DNA from: Carpediemonas membranifera BICM
Lineage: Eukaryota > Protista > Fornicata
Direction of reading: 5' to 3'
Assembly (NCBI GenBank): GCA_019828565.1
Contig: JAHDYR010000015.1
Location: forward strand, 718,986 to 782,985
Length of the DNA stretch: 64,000 nucleotides
The notes below the pieces were generated by a model, which saw only the letters and a list, made by a program, of their open reading frames with translations, did not search any database and had not been told where the DNA came from. This document shows, piece after piece, positions 33,132 to 44,061 of this stretch. Numbering within the stretch: position 1 is the first letter of the stretch; every line of letters starts with the position of its first letter. Both the position numbers and the translations under genes were made by a program.

Positions 33132-36100
33132 ATGTTCGGTAATATTTCTCTGCCGACTCTGAGCGTTGAGACATTGACTAGCGAAACCTGGCGCTCATTT
33201 AAGAGGGATGCCGCCCGAATCAAGGCGTTGTATCCCGCCGCCAAGCTGGCTGTCCTCCTCCCCAATGACCTGCAGGACATCATCGAGGACACTCTCAACG
33301 TAGACCTGGCGAAGGCAAATGACGACAAGATTGACGAATACGTCAGCAAGTTCCTTGCTCCGGTGGACAAATTGTCCCTTGTCAAAGAGCTCGAGGCCGT
33401 CACCTGCCAGGTATCTGAAAAAGAATCACCTCCATTCGCGCGTACGTCAGCGCGTTCTCAGCAGTTTTCTCTAAGGCCGAAGACATCGAAGAGTCCGACT
33501 CGGACGAGGACGAAGAGGAACAAGAAGAGGACGAAGAAGACATTTCCCCCTTTGAGAAGAACGCGCGTAAGATCTTCCTTCAGGGGATCCGCCCATCCAC
33601 TTTCCGCAAGGTCCTGGACTTTGAACTCAAGGAGCATCCTAAGAGGAAGTCACTTGCCGATGCATACGAGCTGAGCATTGCCCTCGCTCAAGAAGATGAC
33701 GACGCTCGGGCTAAGGCCATTCGCTTTGGTCACTACCAGGCCGGAAAGTCCTCCACCCGAAAGAAAGGAACGGCCGCAGGAGGCCAACCGCCTCGCCTCC
33801 CGGTCCCGGGCGCAGTTGCCTCAGGGGCCCCGGAGAAGTCTTCCACTCTCAAGCCGAACGACGTCAACCCAGCTTTGAAGCCTCCCCATCGTGCCTGTGG
33901 CAAGTGCGGCGGATGGCATTGGGATAATCAGTGCCCCAATGGGGCCCCAATGCGCTCTCGCCAAGAAGGAGGCGGCCTCCGGTCCAACCCGAAGAAGAAG
34001 GAGCCAATCGAGGCTAATCTCCTGGACACGGACCCCGATGAGCCACTCAAAGTGTCTGGTCGTATAAACGACCAAGAGTATTCCTTTATTATTGACACTG
34101 GAGCACCAAAATCTATCATCTCCGCTGCGTCAGCAGAGGCCCTTAACCTACAGACAGTGACCGGCCCGACCCTCCGCTTCAGAATGGCGAACGGTTCCAT
34201 TTCGACAACTAACCACTATACTGAGGCTTGGTTACACCTCACGCTGGCGGGAGCCCCAACGCGGTTTAAGGCGAAGTTCGCAATCCTCAGTGGGGACCGC
34301 GAGAAAATCCTTATTGGCACCGACATTCTTCGTGTACTCGGGCTTCTTACGAAGGATTCCTTATTCCTCCAGCTCGTAGCCGAAAATCTGAGCAAGGAGG
34401 ACGGGGACGACATTCCGCTGAGTTTGAACCAGTTAGACGTCTCGGAGGACGTTGGTGCTGTTGAAATTCCCGAATCCGCGAGCGCCACGCTCCGAAGCGA
34501 GGTACGAGCGCTACTTGCTGAGTATTCCACGTTGTTCGGCCCCATTTCGGCTCAAGGAGCCAAGGTTGAACCTATGCGGATCCGATTGAATGACCCGGAC
34601 GCCCTGGTCCAGGAACGAGCCCGGAGACTATCAGGGGAACGACGCCTTCAGGTGCGGGAAGAAGTAACCCGCCTACGCCACCTTGGCATCACCAGGAACA
34701 GCGTCGGACCGTTCTCCTCCCCGATCGTGGTAGTGGATAAGAAGAACGGCGCCATACGCCTCTGTGTGGACTACACAAAGCTCAACATTCTCACCATTCG
34801 TGACCATTTTCCCCTTCCCGACTTGAAAACCTTCGTGCAGGAGGCGGCGGGGGCTCAATTCTTCGCCAGCTTGGACTTGACGTCCGGGTACCATCAGATG
34901 CCCCTCCACGAGGAAGACAGAGCTATGACGGCGTTTGTAACACCTGACGACTACGAGGAGTTCAACCGAGTCCCATTCGGGCTGACTAACGCTCCGAGTT
35001 ATTTCCAGCGTACCATGCAATCCATCCTCGCCCCGGTACTCCACCGGGGGGTGCTGGTCTATATTGACGACATCTTAATCTACGCCCAATCTGAGGAGGA
35101 ACTTATAGCACGCTTAGAGCAAACCTTCCAGTTGCTGACAAAGTATGACCTTCGGCTTAGCCCGGCAAAATGTGTGATCGGCGCGGAGGAGTTAGACATC
35201 GTGGGCTTCCACCTTTCCCGCGAGGGGAAGAGCATCGACAAGCGACGGATTGAAGCACTCACGTCGATAGAGGCTCCGAGCAATGTTTCAGGGGTCAGAA
35301 CACTCTTAGGGATGTTTAATTACGTGATCGACTTCATCCCAGCCGCGGCGGACCTTGTGGACCCCCTCTATGAGCTGATCAGGAACGCCGGTGAGCCATT
35401 CGTATGGGGACCACGCCAAGAGGAAGCCCTCGTGGCCCTGAGAGAGGCGGTAGCCCAAGAGACCGTCCTGGCTCAGCCTGATCCCAGCCTGCCATGGGAC
35501 GTTTACACTGACGCAAGCGACCGGGGGCTTGGGGCCGTAATCACCCAGGGAGAGGGCGCGAATCGCCGCCTGGTCGCCTTCGTTTCGAAATTATTTAACG
35601 CGACGCAGAGGCGCTGGGCCACCTACGACAAGGAGCTGTACGCAATCCTTCATACCCTCACCCGGCCTGACTTGAGTCCTCTACTCAAGATGGTTAACTC
35701 GCTCACTATCCACACAGACCACCGGAATATTGTGTACCTCATGCGCCGCTCCCTCGTATCCCCCAAGGTGATGCGCTGGCGGATTGCTTTGCAAGAATTC
35801 AATTTCAACATTGCCCACATATCAGGCGAGCATAATGTGGTCGCCGACGCTCTTCACGGCTAGAATCGTCGACTAAGACTGTGAACAGTGCCGAGATCGT
35901 ACCATCGGAGGAGGAGAAGCTGCGCATACTTCAAGATCTGCATGAGGGCGCCAATGGCCACCCCAAGGCAGTACGCCTTACGACTCTTGCGATGGAGGCG
36001 GGTCATGTTTGGCCCGACGTCTCGGCACTCGCCAAGCGGGTAGTCAAGCAGTGCTTGACATGCCAGAAGTTGCGCGCACACAAGCGATCGCCCCCGGCGA

Positions 36101-37236
36101 AGAACAGCACACACCGGTACACGCCCTTTGAATGCGTCCAAGTCGACACTCTCTCCCTGGGGGCTAGCGGTGAGTACAAGGGCGTCTTGGTCTTCACAGA
36201 TGTCTTCACGAAATACGTGGTACTGAAGCCGGTGAGATCAACCACGGCCGCCGAGACAGCCCAAGCAATGCTAGAAGTCTGGGCCCTATTTGGGAAACCA
36301 GCGCTACTTCAAACTGATGGCGGACCGGAATTTAGGAACCAAGTGGACGCTGAAGTCAACCGGATCCTCTCCCTCAAGCATCGTTACTCGACCCCACATC
36401 ACCCAGCCTCCAACGGAATTGTTGAACGCACGAATGGAAAAGTCCTTCGTCTGTTGCGGGGTTTACTATTTGACAGCCAGGACTATGACTGGGTTCCTTT
36501 CCTCCCTTTAGTGCAGTACATCATTAATACACGGCCAACACGGGCCACGGGGCAAGCCCCCTTACGCCTAGTGACAGGCAATTCGGGATCCGACTCCGAG
36601 CAGTTTTCAGTCGCGCAATACGAGCGGGCGTGGGCCCTATTTAAGGAAATGTCGGCGGGCCAAGCCGATTGCCTGAAGGCGTTCCGCGACGCCCTTAATA
36701 CCCGCCGTCTGCAAGCCAAGGCTCATCTCCAACGGTATAGCGAACGAAACAAGAGCGGCGAGGACAGCGACACACCTCCGAGCTTCCCGGATGGCTCCTT
36801 CGCACTCCTCCGCTACGTTGGCAGAGCTCCCAAGCTGCTCACCAGCCTCCGGGGCCCGATGAAGGTTGTACGAGCCGGCGAATCGCCCGCTACGCACGTG
36901 GTTCGCGACTTAGTGTCGCTGGCAGAGGTCCTGGTCAGCGATGAGCGACTCATTCCTGTCGAGACGCCAGAGGACGAGCAAGCCCTGATCGCTAGACTTG
37001 CCGCCGAGTGCGGTGAGTATGTGGTCGACAATGTCTACAAGCACAGGGTCTCAAACAAGGGGTCCAAGGTCGAATTCAAAGTCCACTGGCTGGGCTACGA
37101 GCCGAGCGAAGACTCTTGGATTAGTTTTACCAGAGACACCGACCAGCTGGAGGCCCTAGACCAATATTTGCGCGAGAACCCTGCACTAGAGCCGACCCTG
37201 GCTCGTATTCGTCGCAGGTGGCGGGCCCGGTCCTAG
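33132..37236 (+). CDS. G5 gag-pol-chromodomain (frameshifts in gag and near 35856)
   Basis: MFGNISLP.., CGKCGGWHWDNQC, IDTGA, YIDD, YTDAS, TDGG/NGIVE, YVVDNVYKH..HWLGY. Confidence 0.9.
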
Positions 37237-37711
37237 CCGCAGTATTAGGCAACTCAATCGGCGAGCAGCCAATTATGCTCAATTACCCCCCAGGAAGTAA
37301 TTCTTCCGCCCAATATCGCTCTACACATGCTTGTTACACCTCTTTTGCGGGGAATTTCGGTCCAAACCTCCCCAGTTAATCGATAGTCAATTGATTCCAA
37401 ATTTTTGCGCATTGCGGGGGAACCAATGCCCGTGAGAACCTAGTGCTACAGCAGTACAATCACCTTTATATATCTCCCCATTTCCCTCGGGTTCAGCTCT
37501 CGTTGCGATCATCTTCCCCGTTCACTCTTTCGCCATCGACTCGTGTTTCGGCCACCACACGAGGTACTCAGACCTCAGACAGGAGGTGGAGGTAGGCCGC
37601 TGCAAGGGCATATCGAGTACACCCTTTCCATTTTTTTTCCGTCCTTCGCCTCCTCCTTCTTTTCGACTCATCGCTGGGTCGTGCAGGTTAAGACCCATTC
37701 AATGAAAAATA

Positions 37712-37778
37712 TGGTGACCCCGGGGGTCGAACCCGGTTCCACCCTGAAGGAAGATCCTCGACCATCGGATGGGTTTCT
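37712..37778 (-). ncRNA. tRNA-like cassette, antisense in the G5 3' UTR
   Basis: ATCC-GATGGTCGA-GGAT D-like arm, CCGGG-TTCGACC-CCCGG T arm/B-box, GGTCACCA then TATTTTT. Confidence 0.5.
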
Positions 37779-37939
37779 GACACAATTTGCAAAGTGGCTT
37801 TAATACTCTCGGTGGGGGGAGGGGTAGTGTCGCAATACCGTATTAATATTTATATATTTTATGGGTGTCGTCTTGGTCCTACTTGGTCCGAGACGACACC
37901 AGTGTGTCGAAATAAATTAGCGCATCGTTACAACAGTTG

Positions 37940-38270
37940 AAGTCTGCAGCTACAAGTACGTTTCCTCTCCACAGCTTCCTCAGTATCGAGGCCCGGACAG
38001 GGCGAAGGTCCACGTCGCGGCCGAGACCGAGTTGCTTGCTCAAGACGACCAACCAGTCGTGCTCGAGGACCACTCGGTGGCCGTTCGCGTCCTTGCTCTC
38101 GGGCTCAGCCTTGGCCAGCACCCGGCGGCCAGTCCATCCCGTGGGGTGGATGACGCCGGGGATGACCTCGACATTCCAGTTCGAGTACCGGGCGTGCTTC
38201 GAGCGCGTAGCCCACCCGTGGTTGGGTGAGACCACGATGTCGACCCCTACTGGTGCGCGATCACCCGTGT
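37940..38270 (-). pseudogene. ORF fragment split by G5 (continues 32934-32999); possibly a divergent YR-retroelement MT-like domain
   Basis: PVGVDIVVSP…GWTGRRVLAKAEP resembles YR-C PVDVDATAHP…GWRGHRVYAAPHP; frame stays open across the GTTG TSD. Confidence 0.35.
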
Positions 38271-40224
38271 TGTGGGTCCTACCCAAAGTTACACAGATTT
38301 ACGTTATATTTAATAGTCAAGGAGTTTCTCCTCGACACCCTTGTGTCGAGTCTTCTCCTCAGTAAAAGTTCAACACCCATTGAACCACAGTACTAGTACT
38401 ACCAAAACATATGGGTACGGAAACTTACAGAAGCCTGAAGAAGAATCCGCCTCTCCTGAAGAAGTCCTCCATGGACGCTCTTTTGGACTTTGCGGATAAC
38501 CTCCACGATCATCGCGTCTTAGGCGGCCGCGATGATGTTATTGACCTCATCGAGCCTAGCAGAGCTAGCAGGCCTTAACGACGACGAAGAGGTTGAAGAC
38601 ACTCCTCTCCTGCTCTCCGCGAAGCTCCGTAAGAAACGTCGTGTCGCAGCCCAAGATGAACGAGTCCTCAAGCGCCTCGGTGCTGCCCTTCGACCTTCTC
38701 GCCCGAGCATGCGTCTACAGCTCTTCCGAGTCCCCGCCAAGTCCTTCGAGCCTGATGAGGTTGCTCGAGTGAACCGCCGATTCAATCTGCTCTTGAAGCT
38801 CGTTCAACCCGAAGATCCCGAGGACGTCTTGAAGGAGACGTACAGCCGCTGCTTCAAGTTCCCCAACAACAGTCGCATCATGTATCGAGTCAGAGAATCA
38901 ACGGAGCGCAAGGATCTCAAGGACGCAATGGCTGATGTCCTCGTCATGTCACGCGACCTCAAGGAGTCCAAGGAGATGATCGCTTCCTTCGGCGCTGCGG
39001 GGGTCTCCGACTCACAGCGTACCAACACCACGCCCTCCCATACACGGCACACGGGGAGCGGTCCGAAGAACCCTCATCGACGCGAGCCTGACCGCACGAA
39101 CGTAGCCCCCTCAAAAGGCAAGCCGATCGACAAGCCCAAGCACGAGAAGAAGCCATTCGTGTGCTTCAACTGCGGTAAGGTCGGTCACTCCGCTCGCCGA
39201 TGCCCTGCTCCGAAGACAACCTGTTCCAAGTGCCAGAAGCCGGGCCACCGAGCTGAATTCTGCCGTTCTGAGGTAAATTCAGCTCGTTGTGTGTTTTCTC
39301 TCGGTTCCCGTCAGAGTGTCCTCCCCTCCGTCAAGGCTAGCATTCTTAAGCAAGTCCGTCCTGTTCGACTCGGGCGCTGACTGCGCAACCATTGACCCCA
39401 AGCTCTGCCACGGCAAGGCAGTGAAGTGGATCTCACACGAGAAGACACTTATCGAGACAGTGGGCGGCGTCAGAGAGGCCGATGGTCAGGTATCCTTCCG
39501 CCTCGTCTTAGCGCCCTCGCCATTCACTCCGCGCGGATGCTCTATCACTATTAAGGCCTACGTCCTGTCGACCGCTTTCGACGTATGCCTGGGTTACCCT
39601 CAGATGGTGGAGATCGGCCTTCTCCCTTCGTTTTCTGAGCCTACCAGCGAGCTCGCAGCCAGCGACGAACCACCTACATTCGAGAAGTACGTCGCGCAAG
39701 CCAGAGCCATGTCCTCTTCCTTTTCTCAGAGGCAGGCCGACATCCTCAAGCGTTACGCCCGGACATTCGTGGACCGTACCGAGCCAAGCCGGCTCAAACC
39801 GTATGATTTGGTCCTCAAGGGCGACAGAGTCGTACACATTCGGCCGTACTATGTTCCCCCGCCGAAAGTCCCGATCATTCAAGAGCACATTAATACGCTC
39901 CTGGCAAAGCGCTACATCGAGGCATGCCAGTCTCAATACGCGAGCCCTACCATCATAGTCCCAAAGAAGGGGGGAAAGACGCGTTTTGTCGTCGACTTCC
40001 GCGAGATCAATCAACTAACGGAACCATTCGACTACCCCATCCCTCGCATAGACGAAGTTCTCACTCAACTGTCCGGAAAGTCTGTGTTCGCTACCCTAGA
40101 CTTGTCAGCAGGATACCATCAGATCCCTCTTACTGAACGGTGCCGTCACCTAACCGCCTTCCGTACTGTTTTTGGTCAATACCAATATACACGGATGCCC
40201 TTCGGCTTACGTAACGCCGGAGCG
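38271..40224 (+). mobile_element. G6: 5' half of a Gypsy element (putative ~119-bp LTR 38271-38389, gag with two CCHC knuckles, PR, partial RT)
   Basis: TGTGG…CCACA; CFNCGKVGHSARRC/CSKCQKPGHRAEFC, FDSGA, DLSAGYHQ, MPFGL; cut by the G7 LTR. Confidence 0.85.
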
Positions 40225-40487
40225 TGTGGTATGGATAGAACAGCTAGCGAAAGAGGTTTAATCAATTGATTGGGACACTACCCCTCTCCTCGAGGTGACG
40301 GCGCACGACGGACGTGCGGGAGGCGTCAGAGTTGGGACCCTCCCACGTGGCCTTAGCCTCAGGGAAGCCGAGCCACTTAATGAGGAGGTCGCCAGTCTCG
40401 TCGTCGACCTCTAGGACTTTCTCGACGTAATCCTCCTCGTCGTCGGTAGCCGCGATGCGCAACAGTTCGGCGTCGCTGAGGGGGCCT
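40225..40487 (-). mobile_element. G7: 3' remnant (chromodomain, PPT, putative 53-bp LTR 40225-40277)
   Basis: DYVEKVLE..KWLGF..TWE; PPT AGGAGAGGGGTAG; LTR shares TCAATTGATT and TGTGG end with the G2 LTR. Confidence 0.75.
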
Positions 40488-43400
40488 TGGCAGACCAGTC
40501 AGTGGCCACCGCTAATGGCCGGACCTCCGCGGACCTCCGAGTGGCCCTAGCTGGCCACGAGACCCGCTTCACTGCCAACCTCGACATCATACCAGGGAAA
40601 AACCCCCTGATCCTCATAGGCTGCGATATTCTGAGAAGCCTCGGATGCCTCACTTCCGATGGCCTTTTTGTTAAGCTCGTGAAAGAAACCGCAGCAGACG
40701 AAGGGGACGATATTCCTTTCAGACCAGCAGAAGAATTACTGCTGGCCGACGACGTACAGCCCAACATTGAGATCGAGGAGCTTAAGCAACCGATCACAGC
40801 GATATTGGTGCAGCACCCTCACGTTTTTGACGGCCTGGCGCCCGGAGGAGCCAAGGTGCCCGCCATGCGCATCCCGCTAGTGGACGAACAGCACCTCGTG
40901 CAAGCCAAGCCCCGCCGCCTCAATCCCAGACGCCGTGAGCAAGTCAGAGAAGAGCTGCAGCGCCTGCGATCGGCAGGTATCACACGGGCCTCACAGGGAC
41001 CGTTTGCCTCTCCCATTGTCGTCGTAGACAAGGCATCCGGCGCCATCAGACTGTGTATTGACTATACAGCTCTCAATAGGATCACAGTCAAGGACCACTT
41101 CCCCCTCCCCGACTTGAAGTCGTTTGTACGGGAAGCATCCGGCTCACGCTTCTTCGCGGCGCTGGACCTCACGTCCGGGTATCATCAAGTCCCAGTCCAC
41201 CCGGACGACGTCCGCAAGACGGCTATGATCACCCCAGACGCGTATGACGAGTTCGTGCGGGTGCCATTCGGCCTAGCAAATGCGCCGTCTCACTTCCAAA
41301 GAGTCATGCAAGGAGTCCTCGCACCCGTGCTTCACAAGGGTGTTATGGTCTACATTGATGACATCCTCATCCACGCAAAGACACAGGAGGAATTCCTCCA
41401 GACGCTAGAGCACACCTTAGTGCTACTCGATCGCCATGACTTGAGACTTAACCTCGCGAAGTGCAAGTTCGCCTCCCGTAAGGTCAAGGTCGTCGGCTTC
41501 GACATCTCGGAGCAAGGTCGCAGCGTGGACCCCGAGAGAGCCAAGGCCCTCAACGACATCACATCTCCCACCTCTGTCAAGGACATGCGACGCATCGCTG
41601 GCATGTTCAATTACATCGCTGAGCACCTTCCGCGCGCACAGGAGCTTCTTGGCCCGCTCTATGACGCAATCAAGGCCGAGGAGTGGGGTGATCCACAAGA
41701 ACAGGCCCTCCAGAGCCTCAAGGAGGCCACAGCGGAGGCCATCACCCTCACCCAGCCGGACCCGGGTCTACCCTGGCATCTCTATACAGACGCGTCCGAC
41801 AACGCGGTCGGCGGTATTCTATACCAGATCGCTGCGGACGGCCAACATCAGCCCGTCACGTTATTCTCCAAGAGACTAACTGATGTGCAACGCCGCTGGT
41901 GCACCTATGATAAGGAACTGTATGGTATCCTTAGTGCACTCACCAGATCAGACATGCAGCCCCTGTTCACCATGGCCACGGACCTACACGTCCACACGGA
42001 CCATCGCAATATCGTCTACCTCATGAAGCGCTCGGACTGCTCACCGAAGGTAATGCGCTGGAGGATCACCCTCCAGCAGTTCCCCGCGGAGATATCACAT
42101 GTGGCAGGGGGAGGACAACGCTGTAGCAGACGCTCTTAGTCGCTGCTGCTTCCTGACCACTGACGACATACCAGAAGACGCCCGCGCCATCCTCCGGACC
42201 CTTCATGGAGGATCCGCCGGCCACCCATCAGCCAGAATCATCCGCAGGCTGGCAACGCCAGCTCAACGCGAGACCATTGACCCCTACATCGACGCCTTCG
42301 TTCGGACCTGTCCGGCATGTCTGAAGACTCGACAGATCCAAGCGCGCCAGACCGCGTGGCATAGCACGCAGAGGGTAGAGCCGTTCGAGACAGTCCAGCT
42401 GGACACGATCGGGCCCCTGCCCGAATCCACTCGGGGCAATCGATATATCATCACCATCATTGACTCCTTTACCAAGTACGTCGACCTAGTTCCAGTCCGG
42501 GACACGTCGGCAGACTCAGCCGCACAGGCCCTACTCGCATTCGCTGGCCGCTTCGGCATTCCTCAGGAGATCCACACCGATGGAGGATCCCAGTACCGCA
42601 ACAAGCTTATGGAGAAGCTTACGAGTGAATTGACCCTCAAGCACCACATTGCTACAGCCTACCATCCACAGAGCTCGGGTATAGTTGAGCGAGCGAATGG
42701 CACGGCCGTGCGCGCTCTACGCAAACTCATGATGGAAGCAGAGTCCAACAAATGGCAACGATGGCTTTATATGGCCCAATTCCTCGTCAACTCCGCTCCA
42801 CATCGCACTCTGGGGGAATATCACCCCTCGAGGCCTTACTGGGCATCAGCCCTCGACACTTGAAGACCCCACGCAGCTACACCGACCCCGAGCGCGCATC
42901 TACAGCTCTCGCCAGTCACATCGAGGCCCTCGGCCGCATCCGCGCACTGAGCAAGCATGCTGTGGAGGAGTACAACGCGGCTAAGCGCCGGGGAGATCAC
43001 TTCAAGACCACCCACAGGTGGAAGCCGCACGAGTTTGCGTTTATCATCCCGAGCAGGAAGCCCCAGAAGCTCTCACCCTTCCTCCGGGGACCACTTAAGG
43101 TCCTGGGTCGTGGCGAAGACCCCAACGTCTACCGACTGAAGGACCTCATTACGAAGAAGGTGGTCCACATCCACGGGGAGCGCATGATCGCAGCGCCCGT
43201 CAGCCCAGAGGCGGCCCTCAAAATGGCGGCCCTGGATCACGACGAACTTGTCGTCGAAGCCATCCTGGATCACGACCTGAGGAAGGAACCAGGCCTGATC
43301 AAGATTCTCTGGGCAGGATTCGAACGCTCAGAGGCTACGTGGGAACCTCTAGATGCAGAGAACCGCCAGCTCGTCGCATTAGACAGTTACTTGTTGACGC

Positions 43401-43916
43401 TACCGCCCGACGAGCGCTCAAAGCTGGAAAAGCGACTATAACATCAGCCCATCCTAATCTCATGTTGATGTTGCTTATTGTACAAACATTCATCCGAACG
43501 AACGCAGTTCGAACAGGAACATCATGCATTCCCTCATCGAGAACCGATAGCAGGAAAAGGGGGGAAAGAAGGACTTTCTAACAAGTATCCTTCGCGTTTC
43601 GAACACACCAGGCTCATTCTGGACATCATACCGTCATCACGAACAACTCGCTCATCAATTGATCCGCTGTTCGACAAAAGTGACCATCCCGGGACTCGAA
43701 CCCAGACTCCTGGCGAATATCGTGGAGAATATCCTCGAGATCTGACCGAAAGATTTGATGACATCAAAACATATCTTCGGCACCATCATTCATACGCCCC
43801 ACTTACAGCTCGGGGGGGGGTAGTGTCAGTGCCTCAGTTATTATTATTGCTATTTATAACCACGGGCACACTCACCCCTGCTTCGCAGGTTATGTGTAAA
43901 TACTGTTGTCGCCACA
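40488..43916 (+). mobile_element. G3b: 5'-truncated second copy of G3 (pol, chromodomain, 3' LTR 43824-43916), without G2
   Basis: Near-identical to the reverse complement of 20812-23807 plus 15437-15875; ORFs 40487..42139, 42099..42863, 42752..43441. Confidence 0.93.
43681..43763 (-). ncRNA. tRNA-like cassette in G3b (copy of 15589-15671)
   Basis: Same sequence as the G3a cassette. Confidence 0.55.
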
Positions 43917-44061
43917 TCGCGTCATACCCTTGGTCAGCTTGGGGGATATAGTGGAGCAGTTGGCTCCCGAATCAATCAAGGCAACGACGTCTCGACCCTC
44001 GACCTTAACTTTGCACAGAGGTAGGCTATCTTTGCGTTTGTGTGAAGTCATCGAGAACAAG
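43917..44061 (-). pseudogene. G9 protease fragment (host element of G8 and G10)
   Basis: LPLCKVKVEGRDVVALIDSGANCSTISP; joins the gag at 48613 across the CAAG TSD. Confidence 0.75.

Larger units (their letters stand above)
33004..37935 (+). mobile_element. G5: full-length chromodomain Gypsy element with identical 108-bp LTRs
   Basis: LTRs 33004-33111 and 37828-37935, TSD GTTG, PPT GGGGGGAGGGGTAG. Confidence 0.95.
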
